DNA of 64,000 bases from Marsupella aquatica (taxonomy: Eukaryota; Plantae; Marchantiophyta). A program made the position numbers and the translations under genes. The stretch covers positions 11,398,795 through 11,462,794 of the forward strand of contig OZ316896.1 of assembly GCA_973895155.1 (NCBI GenBank). The letters run 5' to 3'. Of this stretch, positions 49,088-60,959 are shown piece by piece; position 1 is the first letter of the stretch, and every line of letters starts with the position of its first letter. A model generated the notes under the pieces. The model was not told the DNA's origin. It saw only the letters and a program-made list of their open reading frames with translations, and made no database searches.

Positions 49088-50584
49088 ATGGAGGCTGTGT
49101 CACGGCGATGTTCAGTCTGGATGTCTACATCTGGCCATGGGCGTGTTGTCGAGGTGATCTGCTTATGCATTGTCACATTGCTGTTGCAATTGACGATTTC
49201 GGCAGCGAGTCATGTTGGTTCTGGTACTAGCATGAAGGCCGAGCTCTTCCACCGAGATCATCCGTCTTCTCGCCTGCAATCAACGATATCTCTCAGCTAC
49301 GCAGAAAAGCTGGAAAATGATATTAAACGATCAGCTGACCGCGCGAGAGCTCTCGTTAATAAGAGAAGGGTTCTCGCCAGTCAACCTAGTTTTGCGGCTG
49401 CGAATGGATCCACCACTTTGCAGATGACCTTAAATGATGCTGCAGTCGCGGAGTACGTGATGAGCATCTCCATCGGAACACCGCCTCAAAATTTCGTGGC
49501 CGTCGCTGACACTGCCAGCGACCTGACTTGGTTGCAATGCAAACATTGCCGAAGTTGCTTCACGCAGCCAGATCCATTCTTCGATCCAGCTCGGTCCTCC
49601 ACTTATCGACGTCTCAACTGCTCCTCCACGGGCTGCTCCTCGTTCATGTCGCAGTATGGATCGTCTGTCGAGACTTGCGCCTATAGTGGGGCGACGTGCA
49701 AGTATTCTTACTTTTACGGTGACATGTCCAACACAACCGGTACTTTCTCGTCAGACACGCTCACTCTGCAGAGCACGAGTGGCGAGAATGTTTCTGTACC
49801 TCATTTCTGGTTCGGTTGCTCGTATGCAAGTTTCAGTCCCTCGGCTTTGTTTGATGCCACTGATGGAATGATAGGGCTGGGACAAGGATTAATCTCCTTC
49901 CCCTCTCAGCTCGGTGATGTCTTCGAGGATAAATTCTCGTACTGCTTGGTGAATAGATCCTTGGCCGCGGTCCAATCGAGCCCGCTCTTGTTCGGGACTG
50001 ATGCTGTGCCGGACCTACATTTGCAGTATACACCCATTCGATGCAATGAGCTTTACCCATACTACTACTATATCACCCTGGAGGGCATTTCCGTCGGAGG
50101 AGCTGAAGTGAATTGCAATTGGACTGCTATAGACATTGATCCAGCCGGGTATGGGGGAACAATCATCGATTCAGGTACCACATACAGCTCTCTGGATCCT
50201 GTGGCCTTCACTCCCCTGTTGGAGACAATCGTGTCACAATTCCCCTCAAGTTACGAGAGAGTCTTTCTCCCTGCGAGCCTTGCATACCTCGAGTTGTGCT
50301 ACGATGTCACGGCGCAACCGAATTTTGGATACGATTTGCCTCCTATTAGCCTCCGCTTGGCGAACCATACTAGCTGGAACCTAGCGCCGGAAAACGCATG
50401 GCTGCTCTTTCCAGACACTCCTGTGCTAGGGAATTTTACCATCTGCTTGTCCATTCTGAGAGGGTTGCCGGGGGCGTTCTCCATCATCGGCAGTACTCAG
50501 CAGCAGGACTTCCATGTGTTATACGATCGAGTTCACCAAAGGATTGGATTTTCGAAGGCTGATTGCGGCTCCGTGTCGCCATAG
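49088..50584 (+). CDS. Secreted nepenthesin/CDR1-like aspartic protease (A1B), single exon
   Basis: Signal-peptide-like segment, ELFHRD prosegment, EYVMSISIGTPPQ, ADTASDLTWLQC, FDPARSSTY, FGC, FSYCL, YYITLEGISVGG, IIDSGTT, IIGSTQQQDFHVLYD..RIGF..ADC. Confidence 0.96.
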   Translation: MEAVSRRCSVWMSTSGHGRVVEVICLCIVTLLLQLTISAASHVGSGTSMKAELFHRDHPSSRLQSTISLSYAEKLENDIKRSADRARALVNKRRVLASQPSFAAANGSTTLQMTLNDAAVAEYVMSISIGTPPQNFVAVADTASDLTWLQCKHCRSCFTQPDPFFDPARSSTYRRLNCSSTGCSSFMSQYGSSVETCAYSGATCKYSYFYGDMSNTTGTFSSDTLTLQSTSGENVSVPHFWFGCSYASFSPSALFDATDGMIGLGQGLISFPSQLGDVFEDKFSYCLVNRSLAAVQSSPLLFGTDAVPDLHLQYTPIRCNELYPYYYYITLEGISVGGAEVNCNWTAIDIDPAGYGGTIIDSGTTYSSLDPVAFTPLLETIVSQFPSSYERVFLPASLAYLELCYDVTAQPNFGYDLPPISLRLANHTSWNLAPENAWLLFPDTPVLGNFTICLSILRGLPGAFSIIGSTQQQDFHVLYDRVHQRIGFSKADCGSVSP

Positions 50585-53542
50585 TTCAGTGCGTCAGACA
50601 GCAACGAGTTAGCTCGGTTATGGATCGACGCCGATATTAAGTCTTCAATCCGCATAGCTTTAATTAATTCTCGAAACACTAAATGCTGTAGCTAGCAATT
50701 AGTTGGACTCCACGGACTGAACTTTAGGTTCGTCCGGTCGTCCCACTGGTGTTTTGGATCTCCGTTGTTCGTCTCTCGTATGACGAAGGATCGAGAATGA
50801 TCGATCTTCGAGAGTTATCTGCGCGTGACCCTTAGACGGCCACGGTCGCCTTCGATCAGAACGAGCGAACGCCAATAGCTATGAACAAATTGAGCTAGCT
50901 AATGGACGTGGATAAATTACTTTCACAATATAGAATCATGGACTCTCAGGTATGTATGTTTTCAGGTGTCCAACTATGGACTCTCAAATATGTATGTTTT
51001 CAGGTGTCCAACTAGAGTGATGGGTTGAAGATGAGAGTTCATTCTTGGTGCAAAATCTGGTCCAATAGATTTGTGTGATTCAAGTGTGAATATGTTAGGA
51101 TCCATACTGAAGCAATATTGACTTGGTTTGGACCCGTGACTTGTAAGCTGATCATTGTGTCTTCAGTATGAGCAGTAAGTCTGTGATTGCCTTTCAAATG
51201 GGGAAAAACGGATTGAATGCCATCATCCGGATTTACGGAAGGCGGAATCGGAATTAATGTGACTTTTGAATGGCTTGCAATCCGAGATAGATAATTACTG
51301 ATTGCGCGTCAATTGTTTTCAAAGGGTGTGTAGTCAATCGAAACCACTACAATCGACTAAGTTGTGTCGAAGGAGTGATTGGATTGAGGGAACCGATCAT
51401 GCATGTAAATGTGATGGAGAGGGCCGGGAAGACGTGGAGATCCCTGGACGCTCGCTGAATAGGTGACTCTAGCGCTGAGGAGCTACTGCAGGACGGGGAC
51501 GGGTTCAATCAAACACTCATGATTGTTTCAATTCACACGTTATGCATGCTGCATTATGAACATCATGGCAGCAGCTCCAACACGAACAAGACAGATCATG
51601 CGTCAAATCTACACTCAACTTATTGTCAGAACACTTGGCGTGCGTCTGTGTGGTTTTATCGCAAATACCTTGTCTTGGTTTGTTTTTTCTGGCGATAGGA
51701 AGGTCATGATTACGTGTAGATTTAACACCAGGTACAAGAGAGTCTCGTGGACACTGACCGTTGACTACACATATTAGGAACCTGCCATGAACACCTGGGT
51801 GCTTTTGACCAATTCAATGTTCTGCGTTGTTGACAAAATTCTGACTCACAAAAGCTACTCTGTAGCCGTTGGAGCCGCAATCGTACGTCTGCTTTTGTCA
51901 GTCCAGTAGTTTTGAGTTTTCCTGAACACAGGACACCACGCGAACACACGCATCCGGAAAGATTGTAGGTTGGCGTGGACATAAGCTCGTCGTTTGATGC
52001 TCCTCCAATCCATTTCGTGCTCGTCACCAAAATTTCCAATACTGTACCGTAGATCTAGTCCTTGGGCCTTGAGGCTTCAAGATACAAGTAAACACCGTAC
52101 TGTAGTTATTATAATGCAATGCAATGGCCATATCCAAAGCGAGATCCAAAAATCTTTGAATCTTTCCGAAGTCGTACGTCCAGTTGCATGCCCAATTGCG
52201 CAACTCAATCTGCATGTCACCTACCCCATTGTACATCCACTTCTTTAAACTTCTCATGCGGCCGTCAACTGACTTTTAGTCCTCGATCTCCTGACATGGT
52301 TTGACTTTGGCCACGTAGACTTTGGTCTCTCTCTTCCGTCTTAATAGTATGGGAGGACAAATCCTTTGAGGAGACCAGAGTGAATCATCGTGAGCTGTGA
52401 TGTCTCGTGATGCAGGTTTTTCCCTTCAGATAAACGAGATCCAAGGTCAATCCTAGAAACGGTGAACACAAACAACCACCACCGTCATCATTCTGGACAC
52501 ACACTGGCAGCTGGGACGATCGAGCCGAGTCCAGACGACTTGACCCGCTGCTGTTCTGGAGCAACCTGAATTTATTTCGTTCCTCGCTTCTGTTCTAGAG
52601 CAACCTGAAATTATTACGTTTCTCACGTTGTCTACTCTCACCGGATTTATACTTCTGTCACTTGACAGATCCGATTGTTGCAGCGAAGGCGTACTTCAAA
52701 AGCAAAAGAAAACGAAATACAATAAGTGTAAAATTTAGGCACATGGCAGTCATGGAACTTCTACTGTGACACTGGCAGATGTATGAGTATACAATTCTGT
52801 TGCACTGTGAGATAAGGTCTTGTCGAACAACTTTGATTTTGATTGTAGCAGCGAAGGCGTACTTCAAGTTCAACTTCAAGTTTTGATTCACGAGACAAAA
52901 TGTGCAGATTCGTATGGAAGCCGTGGTGATATTGTGACTCTTTCTGACTTGATATATCAGAAGTGGAGTACGTCGGTGCACGATTGTGCAATCGGGTCAA
53001 CATAGCATTATTTATCTAGCTAGAGAGGGTCAGTTAAGGGTGGATTCCACGCGTTTTTCACTGGAAGTTTAAAAGCTACTCTGGTCACCGAACTCCATAA
53101 CTTGGGAACCTCTAGAACCTCTACATTTTGGGTGTCTGTCTCAATTAATCAAGTGTTGGGAGAGACATCATTCTATCGTCCTGGGCTGCTATAGATCGAT
53201 TGCTAACTTTTGTACTGGTCAAAAATTTGTTAGATTCCACCTCTAGAAAAATCTTTGCCAATTTGGGGAAAAATTCCCTAGTTTTTCTGTCTTGCATTAG
53301 CGACAACATTAGCCACAAACCCCAGTAGCCAAATTGAATCTAACTGTCATCGTAAGTTTAGGGAGATCTGATGCTAAGAAATTAATCTAGGAAAAATGGA
53401 TAATGAATATCTTAGCATCTTCTTTTCTTCTTCACACAAGGTGACATTAGTCACAATCACTAATGGAAAAGTAAAACCTTGAAAATTACGCTGTCACCGA
53501 CAAGGAATTGGGTCTGCAAATTTGCACTAGGTTTAAGATTCT

Positions 53543-53580
53543 GGGGTTAGGGGTTAGGGGTTAGGTTTAAGATTTAGGGA
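53543..53580 (+). repeat. Short telomere-like tract
   Basis: GGGGTTAGGGGTTAGGGGTTAGG followed by TTTAGGG. Confidence 0.45.
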
Positions 53581-54780
53581 TTTTAAATTAGGCAGAGAGC
53601 ATTAAACAAGGGTCATAATGCGCACAGCAGGAGACCTAGGAATTCATAAATATTTCCACCACCCACACATATACTCGATCTACACCAGTGTGCACACAGA
53701 GGGGATTGAGCCTCAGACCTCTCAATTCAACCTCATCCCCAGGCAAGCTGACCCTAAGGGTTGCATTACAGATGTCATAGACCCTTGTGCCTTTTTCTGT
53801 CGCCAAAACAAACTGGAGGGCCAATCTTGTTCTAAAGATAAACTCCAGGCCGAAACTCTCTTAAAATGAAGTTCAATAAATGCATAGTCCTAGTGTGAAG
53901 GAGCCAAAGTTTGGAAATTCTACCAGGCTTTCACGTAAGACTCATTTTGTTTTTTGGGGATGATATATTAAATAAGCAGTCCACGCCAGCATTTGCTTGT
54001 TGCCATCTAGAATTGGCAAAGGCTATACGTGACTGGGTCCCCGAGCTTTTGTGAGGCTGATAATTGCATCCATTTCCACCCAATATTTATATATGCTAGC
54101 CTGTATACCCCAGCTTTGCTCATACATAGATTGTACATGCATACCATCATGTCCATTTCCAGTTTTACTCCCAGCTGCAAAAGATGTGCTGCAAAGTGGC
54201 AGTTAGAGGCTTTGTTTTAGACCACAGGCCTTTACCCTAGCTTTCAATAGAATATGGTCTGCAAGCTTCACTCTATACTGCAGGCCATATTCTAGTTTTC
54301 GGTCACACTTTATTAAATAGATTGTTCATATTTAATAATCTCAGACCCTCAGATTTAGGGTGCATGGGCTTTTCAACCTCTTATGTTCCTACACTCTCTC
54401 ACCCCTCTGTATTCATGGACACTTGTCACCATTCCACTTCGCCCCACCTGTCTGGCCTTGTTTGTAACAGAGTTTGTTTGTGGCCTTGTTAATCTAGCCA
54501 GTTCCCTCCCAGCCACAAGGTTAGCCCAATTAGAATCTGACAGTTATCCTTAAAGCGCCATTGTCTATGACAAAACTTGGATCCACTAGGTTTCACCATT
54601 TTTAGCACCTATTTCTTGAAGTTGTGGAGCAAAGTCTCACCTTAGAGGAGAAAAATGTGAGAAAGTGAGAAATCTTGGACCCTGATACTTTTATATGGAC
54701 AGTGGTGGTTTAAATCAAGATCTAGGGTTAACATTTATTACTTTGGAAAAATTAATGAAACAATATTCTTAGCATCTTCT

Positions 54781-54852
54781 CCTTCAATCCAGTTATCAAT
54801 AACTGGATTGGCTATTGATAACTGGATTGGCTATAGATAACTGGATTGAAGG
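54781..54852. repeat. 17-bp perfect inverted repeat enclosing a 19-bp tandem repeat
   Basis: CCTTCAATCCAGTTATC ... GATAACTGGATTGAAGG, with internal ATAACTGGATTGGCTAT x2. Confidence 0.8.
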
Positions 54853-57136
54853 AATCATGATAGCCAACCATGTGGTTGGGTTGACCACACTCTAAACATT
54901 ACAATATGCAATCTGGCTCTTTCTTTCTTGTGGTCTCTCTAAGAAATGTCATTATGACAAGAAGCTTCCCTGGCAGTTGGACTCTGGTGACTTTTTTTTC
55001 TAACCAGGAGATGGGCCTGAAGATACCATTCTGCACCTTTTCCGCACCCCGCCCTCGTCCCCCAACTCACACACTCCTTTGAATGTAGTTCCCAAGCTGC
55101 CTCGCCGCCTGCCCTGGGGTCTTTGCTCTAGAAAGTTTTGATGACAGAAAATTATTTATAAGATGAAATGACCTTTAAACAAGGTTTATCATTGTATGAA
55201 ATTATTACTAAGATGAAATGCCCTGCAGGTAATCACACATCAAAATGTGGTTGCATTCATTGATTCAAAGAAAAAAACTAGGATTATCAAGGTATGCAAG
55301 GGTGCCATACATAATATATGTCATATTTTGATGTGCAATTACTTAAACCCGATGAAATGACCTTTAAACAAAACAAAATAATTAGGTTTATCCTTATATG
55401 AAGTGACATGGTACGCAGTCCATTACCACATTTTCATGTGCAATTTACTTGGAGTGTACAATTTTGGACACTTGTCACCATTCCACCAGCCCCACCTGCC
55501 TGGCCTTGTTCCTAGTTTGTACCCCTGTCTCCTCCTCCGGCATGGAACACTGTTTCTCATTCCAAAGCCCCAGTGAACCACGTACGTACAGTACGCAGTA
55601 ACACAACTATCGTACAGGTCCAATAAGGCATGTCAAAGCACAGATGTCACCGCTTAGGATATAAAACTCTGTTAGAATCAGGACAAAATCACTATGGGCA
55701 TAATTACCTCATAAAGACTAGAAGTCCAAAGAAATTAAGCCTAACTTTGGTTAACTTTCACACACCTTAGTACACTTGCGTCTTAATAACATTTATAACA
55801 TTAATAACAGAGTACCATAGTAGCGGATGGCAATGTCGACTGCGCTGCTCTAATAAATGATGACCACAGTACATCAGAGTACTATGGAGCTGCTGACTAT
55901 GAAGTGCGGCTCTGTGCAGACCTTTCGCTTTGCTTTGCATCTTTGCCTTTCGCTCTATCTACAGCCTGAACTGAAACTGGTGGTTCTCTCAGAGTCTTTA
56001 CTCTAATGGTACACAAGTTTTACTTTGATAGAATAATGGGATCCTCCGTCAAACCTAGATCTCTCTTCTTGATTCGGTCGCTGCATTTTCGCTCCACCCT
56101 GAGCTGAACCTGATACCTGATGGTTCTCTCATTCTCACAGTGTTGGGATATGAATTTTGGGTTGAAAGGATGAATCTTTCTTCGGACTCAGATCTCTCCT
56201 CCTGATTCTGGCACTGAATTTCTCTCCAATGTGACTTGAACCTGACGATACTCTGATTGTTACCCTGTTCGTTGATCAATCTTGCGTTGATAGCTTGGGT
56301 CTTTCTTCCTGATTCTGTCGCTCATTTTTTCTGCCCTGCGTGAGCTGAAACTGATGGTTCGCTGATAATAGCAGCCTGTTAGTTTATACGAAGAATGGAG
56401 TGGAGAGGTTGGACCCTTCCTCACTGGGTATCTCTTCTTTATTCTGTAGCCAGACTGGTCTCTCCAGCGTGACCTGGACTTCATGGTTCTCTCATTCTTG
56501 CCGTGCTAGGATATGCATTTTGCTTTGAAAGGATGGAGAAAGGAAGCGAGACCTGATTCTGTCGCTCAATTGTCCGGGCCATAAGGAGACGAAGTGGAGC
56601 ATCAGCAGAAACAGAGCCCGCGCATGCTCCTGAGTTGAAGCTACAGAACGGTAAGTGCAGGAGCGTTACCTCTCGCTGTGCTCTCTCCAATTCGTTTGAG
56701 TGGTCAATTCGTTCGTAACTGTAGTACATGGAACCATTTTGTTAAAGCTCCGCAGAGCAATCTTACCTCAATTAACGAACACTCTGTCTCGTGCAAGTCA
56801 TTCGCAACTAGGTCGAACCGTTTCCTCAAGCTCTTGCCAAGAAATCTTAGCTCTAGTAACACTTTGTCTCATTTTCGTTCAGCTACTTGGCAAAGCTTAG
56901 CACAGAAATGTTAGCTTTGTTTACAAGATTTCGGTCTGTGCACGTGGCTTTTCGAGCATTGAGTGATCTTTGAATTTGACGCACCACAAGTTCTGCAATG
57001 GTGGCTCCTGCAGTTGAGTTCGCTCGGGAATGTAGAACGCCGGTGTGAATTGGAGGAATTCGAAGCGTGAAGAGGACGAGGAAGAGAGAGGAGCTTACGA
57101 AAGGTAGGAGGGGTTTTGAGTGGTGGGCTTGCGATC

Positions 57137-59437
57137 ATGGGGTATGTGATTTTGGCTGGACTCCTGCTCCTCAGCGCCATCCACATTGCTGCTGCGGGTG
57201 CCAGTCAGGGTGCAAATTATCTCGTGGGAGTGGGGAGCCATGACATGACTGGTCCAGCTGCCGATGCCAATTTGATGGGCTATGCAAACCCTGAGCAAAC
57301 GGCGGGAGGAATACACATGCGTCTCCGAGCTAGGTCCTTCATAGTGGCAGACCCTGTGCAGACAGAGAACCGTGTGCTATTTGTCAACCTTGATGCCTGC
57401 ATGGGCGCTCAGAGTGTGACTCTGCATGTGCTGGACAGGCTGAAGAGCAGGTATGGCTCGCTCTACACCGAGAAGAATGTTCTAATCAGTGGCACTCACA
57501 CCCACGCAGGACCGGGAGGGTACTTGCAGTATGTACTATATCTTGTCACATCACTGGGGTTTGTTCGCCAGTCCTTTGATGCTCTCGTGGATGGGATAGA
57601 ACTAAGTATCAAGCAAGCACATGAGACTCTGAGGCCCGGGTCAATGTATGTAAACGCAGGGGAGCTTCTGGATGCAAGTATCAATCGTAGTCCAAGTGCG
57701 TACCTTAACAATCCAGCAGAGGAGAGAGCAAGGTATAATTATGATGTGGATAAAACAATGACGTTGCTAAAGTTTGCTGATGAGGAGTGGGGTGAAGTGG
57801 GAGCTTTCAGCTGGTTTGCAGTGCATGGCACCTCCATGAACCGCACTAACAGTCTGATCAGCGGAGATAACAAGGGGGCAGCAGCACGCTTTATGGAGGA
57901 TTGGTTCAGCCGCAGGTCTAGTCAGTATTCGGTTCTTGATGAGACCAAACAGCTGGAGTATGTATCAGATGGGGCTCATCCTGGATTCGCGCCTGTTGAT
58001 AAAAACACATTTGCAACTGCAGCCATGTTGAAAAGCTCTGGAGGGAAGCCCAGTACAAAAATGTCCAGTGTCATGCATCGTGTCAGGAGTGCCATGAAGG
58101 ACTCTCTGAAGCCTCCGTTTGTGGCTGCCTTTTGTCAGAGCAATGTGGGGGACACGACACCCAACATCTTGGGAGCATTCTGTACAGACACCGGTTTGCC
58201 CTGTGATTTCAACACCAGTACCTGCAACGGGAAGAATGAGCTCTGCATTGGCCGGGGCCCAGCTTATCCAGATGACCACTTTGCGAGCACTAAAATTATT
58301 GGGGAACGGCAATTTAAGAAGGCAGCCGAATTGTTTGAATCGCCATCATCCCAGCAAATCGTTGGAAACGTTCAGTTTCGCCAGACATTCATTGATTTCA
58401 GCAATGTGAAGGTCACTCTGCAGAACAATGAAGTTATTACGACATGTCCTGCTGCTGTAGGTTTTGGCTTTGCTGCGGGAACTACAGACGGTCCTGGAGC
58501 TTTCAATTTCGTACAGGGAGATAACCAGGGAAATCTGTTTTGGAAGCTTGTTGGGGGAGCGTTGAAGGTACCTTCAGCTCATCAAATTGAATGCCAAAAG
58601 CCAAAACCTGTTTTAATTGACACCGGAGAGATGACTTTTCCTTATGCCTGGGCGCCGTCTGTACTTTCCATTTCGATATTTCAAATTGGTCAAATTATCA
58701 TCCTAGGAGTGCCCGCCGAGTTTACTACTATGTCTGGCCGACGTCTCCGGGAAGCTGTGAAGACTACACTTATCCAGAATGGTGATGGAGAGTTCGGGGA
58801 GGATCTTGAAGTTGTCATCGCCGGTCTCAGCAATGGATACTCTCAGTATGTTGCGACTTTGGAGGAATTCGAGGCTCAGCGATATGAGGGTGCATCCACT
58901 TTGTATGGACCACATACTTTGAATGCTTATATCCAAGAGTTCAAGAAGCTGGCGACAGCTTTGGCAAAGGGTGACGAAGTTTCGCCAGGACCTGCTCCTC
59001 CAGACATGGTGGATCAACAACTGGGATTCCTGCCAGGTGTGGTAGCAGATGCCACTCCTTTGGGTGTTACGTTTGGTGACTTGAAAGAGGATGTGCCTAC
59101 GAATGCGTCATACCATGCTGGGGACACAGTGGAGGTGACATTTTATACAGGTTGCCCTCGGAATGATCTTCTTACTGAAGGAACTTATGCCCTAGTGGAA
59201 CTTCTGGATAAAAGTGGAAAATGGATCTCAGTCTACGACGATGATGACTGGTCTTTACAATTCATCTGGTATCGACCTTCTACTTTCAGTACACACAGTT
59301 GTGCCACAATCAGTTGGGAAATCCCAGAGACTGCGCTGGCTGGTACTTACCGAATACGTCACTTTGGAGCGTATAAACACTTGTTTGGATCTGTAAAGCA
59401 TTTCACTGGGACAACCAGCGCTTTCGTAGTCTATTAG
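57137..59437 (+). CDS. NCER: Neutral ceramidase, single exon (~766 aa)
   Basis: Signal peptide; YLVGVGSHDMTGPAAD..MGYA, GIHMRLRARSFI, GTHTHAGPGG, INRSPSAYLNNP, WFAVHGTSM, GDNKGAAAR, GDTTPN, FAAGTTDGPG, PAEFTTMSGRRLR, QRYEGASTLYGPHTL, DDDDWS, GTYRIRHFG. Confidence 0.97.
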   Translation: MGYVILAGLLLLSAIHIAAAGASQGANYLVGVGSHDMTGPAADANLMGYANPEQTAGGIHMRLRARSFIVADPVQTENRVLFVNLDACMGAQSVTLHVLDRLKSRYGSLYTEKNVLISGTHTHAGPGGYLQYVLYLVTSLGFVRQSFDALVDGIELSIKQAHETLRPGSMYVNAGELLDASINRSPSAYLNNPAEERARYNYDVDKTMTLLKFADEEWGEVGAFSWFAVHGTSMNRTNSLISGDNKGAAARFMEDWFSRRSSQYSVLDETKQLEYVSDGAHPGFAPVDKNTFATAAMLKSSGGKPSTKMSSVMHRVRSAMKDSLKPPFVAAFCQSNVGDTTPNILGAFCTDTGLPCDFNTSTCNGKNELCIGRGPAYPDDHFASTKIIGERQFKKAAELFESPSSQQIVGNVQFRQTFIDFSNVKVTLQNNEVITTCPAAVGFGFAAGTTDGPGAFNFVQGDNQGNLFWKLVGGALKVPSAHQIECQKPKPVLIDTGEMTFPYAWAPSVLSISIFQIGQIIILGVPAEFTTMSGRRLREAVKTTLIQNGDGEFGEDLEVVIAGLSNGYSQYVATLEEFEAQRYEGASTLYGPHTLNAYIQEFKKLATALAKGDEVSPGPAPPDMVDQQLGFLPGVVADATPLGVTFGDLKEDVPTNASYHAGDTVEVTFYTGCPRNDLLTEGTYALVELLDKSGKWISVYDDDDWSLQFIWYRPSTFSTHSCATISWEIPETALAGTYRIRHFGAYKHLFGSVKHFTGTTSAFVVY

Positions 59438-60959
59438 GGTAGTAGCACAACTATAAATCGTTGTCGTAGAACAACTATAACTGGACTGTTTTACTGCCTG
59501 GTCAAAGAAGTGAAAAACGATCAGGCTTGTTATCATATTAGAACTTGTAAGTACATAAATAGGAAACTGCTGTTTATACATAGAAACCTATTATGAAATG
59601 AGAAGAGGTCCATCTGAGGAAGGACACATTGAGGCAATTTGTTGGACAACTTTGTACTGTTTTAGCTTCAAAGAAAGAGGATTTACGTTGTGGACACAAG
59701 TGTTTCCTTTCTTTGATACTCTTTTTGGTTTATACCTAGTAGGAACTAATGTTACTTCGTAAGTTCACTTGTAGAGTCGATGAAATGCACCTCAATCACT
59801 GACTCTGGCTTGTGCGGTCTCCCTGTAGCAGTCCTTACGACCCCGTTGATGATGGATTCATCCAGTGCTCTTTAATTGTTTTAGAGAGATCATTATATTG
59901 CTCAGCCTGATCACTCAGTAAATGGCCAGAAAAGCGCTTTGCAACTAGTATGAGCAGTTTTGAGCAGTTGGTTTCAACAATATTAGTTACAAGTGTAGAC
60001 CTGGACTGAAGAAAAGATTCTCTAAACTTGCCTGTTTGTTGAACCCAGCCAACTTCTACAATACAGACCCTCTTAGCAGATTTTTCTCCGAATCAGAAAG
60101 CAAGCAACGGAGAACATGAAGTAAAAGCGATTATAGTAGATCTGCCAATACGACCAATTAGAAAATGTTCTTCCCAGTAACCCACACCCCATTGGCATTC
60201 AAGTATGTTTAACCCACTGTCTGGGACGTCAAATGGAATATGCCAGATGCAGTGGTATCCATTCTATTTTCAGGGACACGGACCACTTTCCTGTGAAAGA
60301 CCTAAGATATGTCAGAACTATTGGGACAATGCACATGAATCAAAACAAACCAGGCCATGGTAATTTAGTTTTCCCCAAGCTGGAGATGAAAGAAATGTTT
60401 GCAAGGCCAAGTAGGAACTCATCACATCAATACTCGAATCAAATGAAAGTAGAGTGGGAACCCCAAAAGCCACCTGACCAAAGTTCATACTAGTTTTGTG
60501 TTGACATGTAACTTTGCATCAGAGCAAGCGATTTGAATAATATATACAAGGCGTATGAGCTCATGACCGCCTGTCAAACGGGTTGGGCAATGCTACATCT
60601 TTTTGTATCCTAGATTGAATATATGCACAGAAATCAGTTATATTGCTCGTCTTATAGCAAAGTTCTCAGACGTTTATCAGAGCGTTGGACCAGTGAAGCC
60701 AATAAACAGTTTTGAGAGTGCTCTGTTCAGACGATGGCAAGATTGAAGTCTGGTCAACTGCTCGTAAGGCCGCTAGGTATCAATATATTGTATTTGTTGA
60801 TACTAGTCCAGAGACCACAAATGATAACAACTGAACCCTTACCTCAAACTCGGTGTTTGGTCATTTACACGACGAAATTCTACAATTGACAAAGGTCCAT
60901 AGTTGAATCTAATAAAGAATTGGTGCTATCAACTAAATACTTTCAGATAAAATTGAGCA

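Noticed and set aside
49505-49520. DTAS instead of DTGS at the first catalytic motif of the aspartic protease
   Set aside because: DTAS is a known variant in plant atypical aspartic proteases, and both catalytic aspartates are present.
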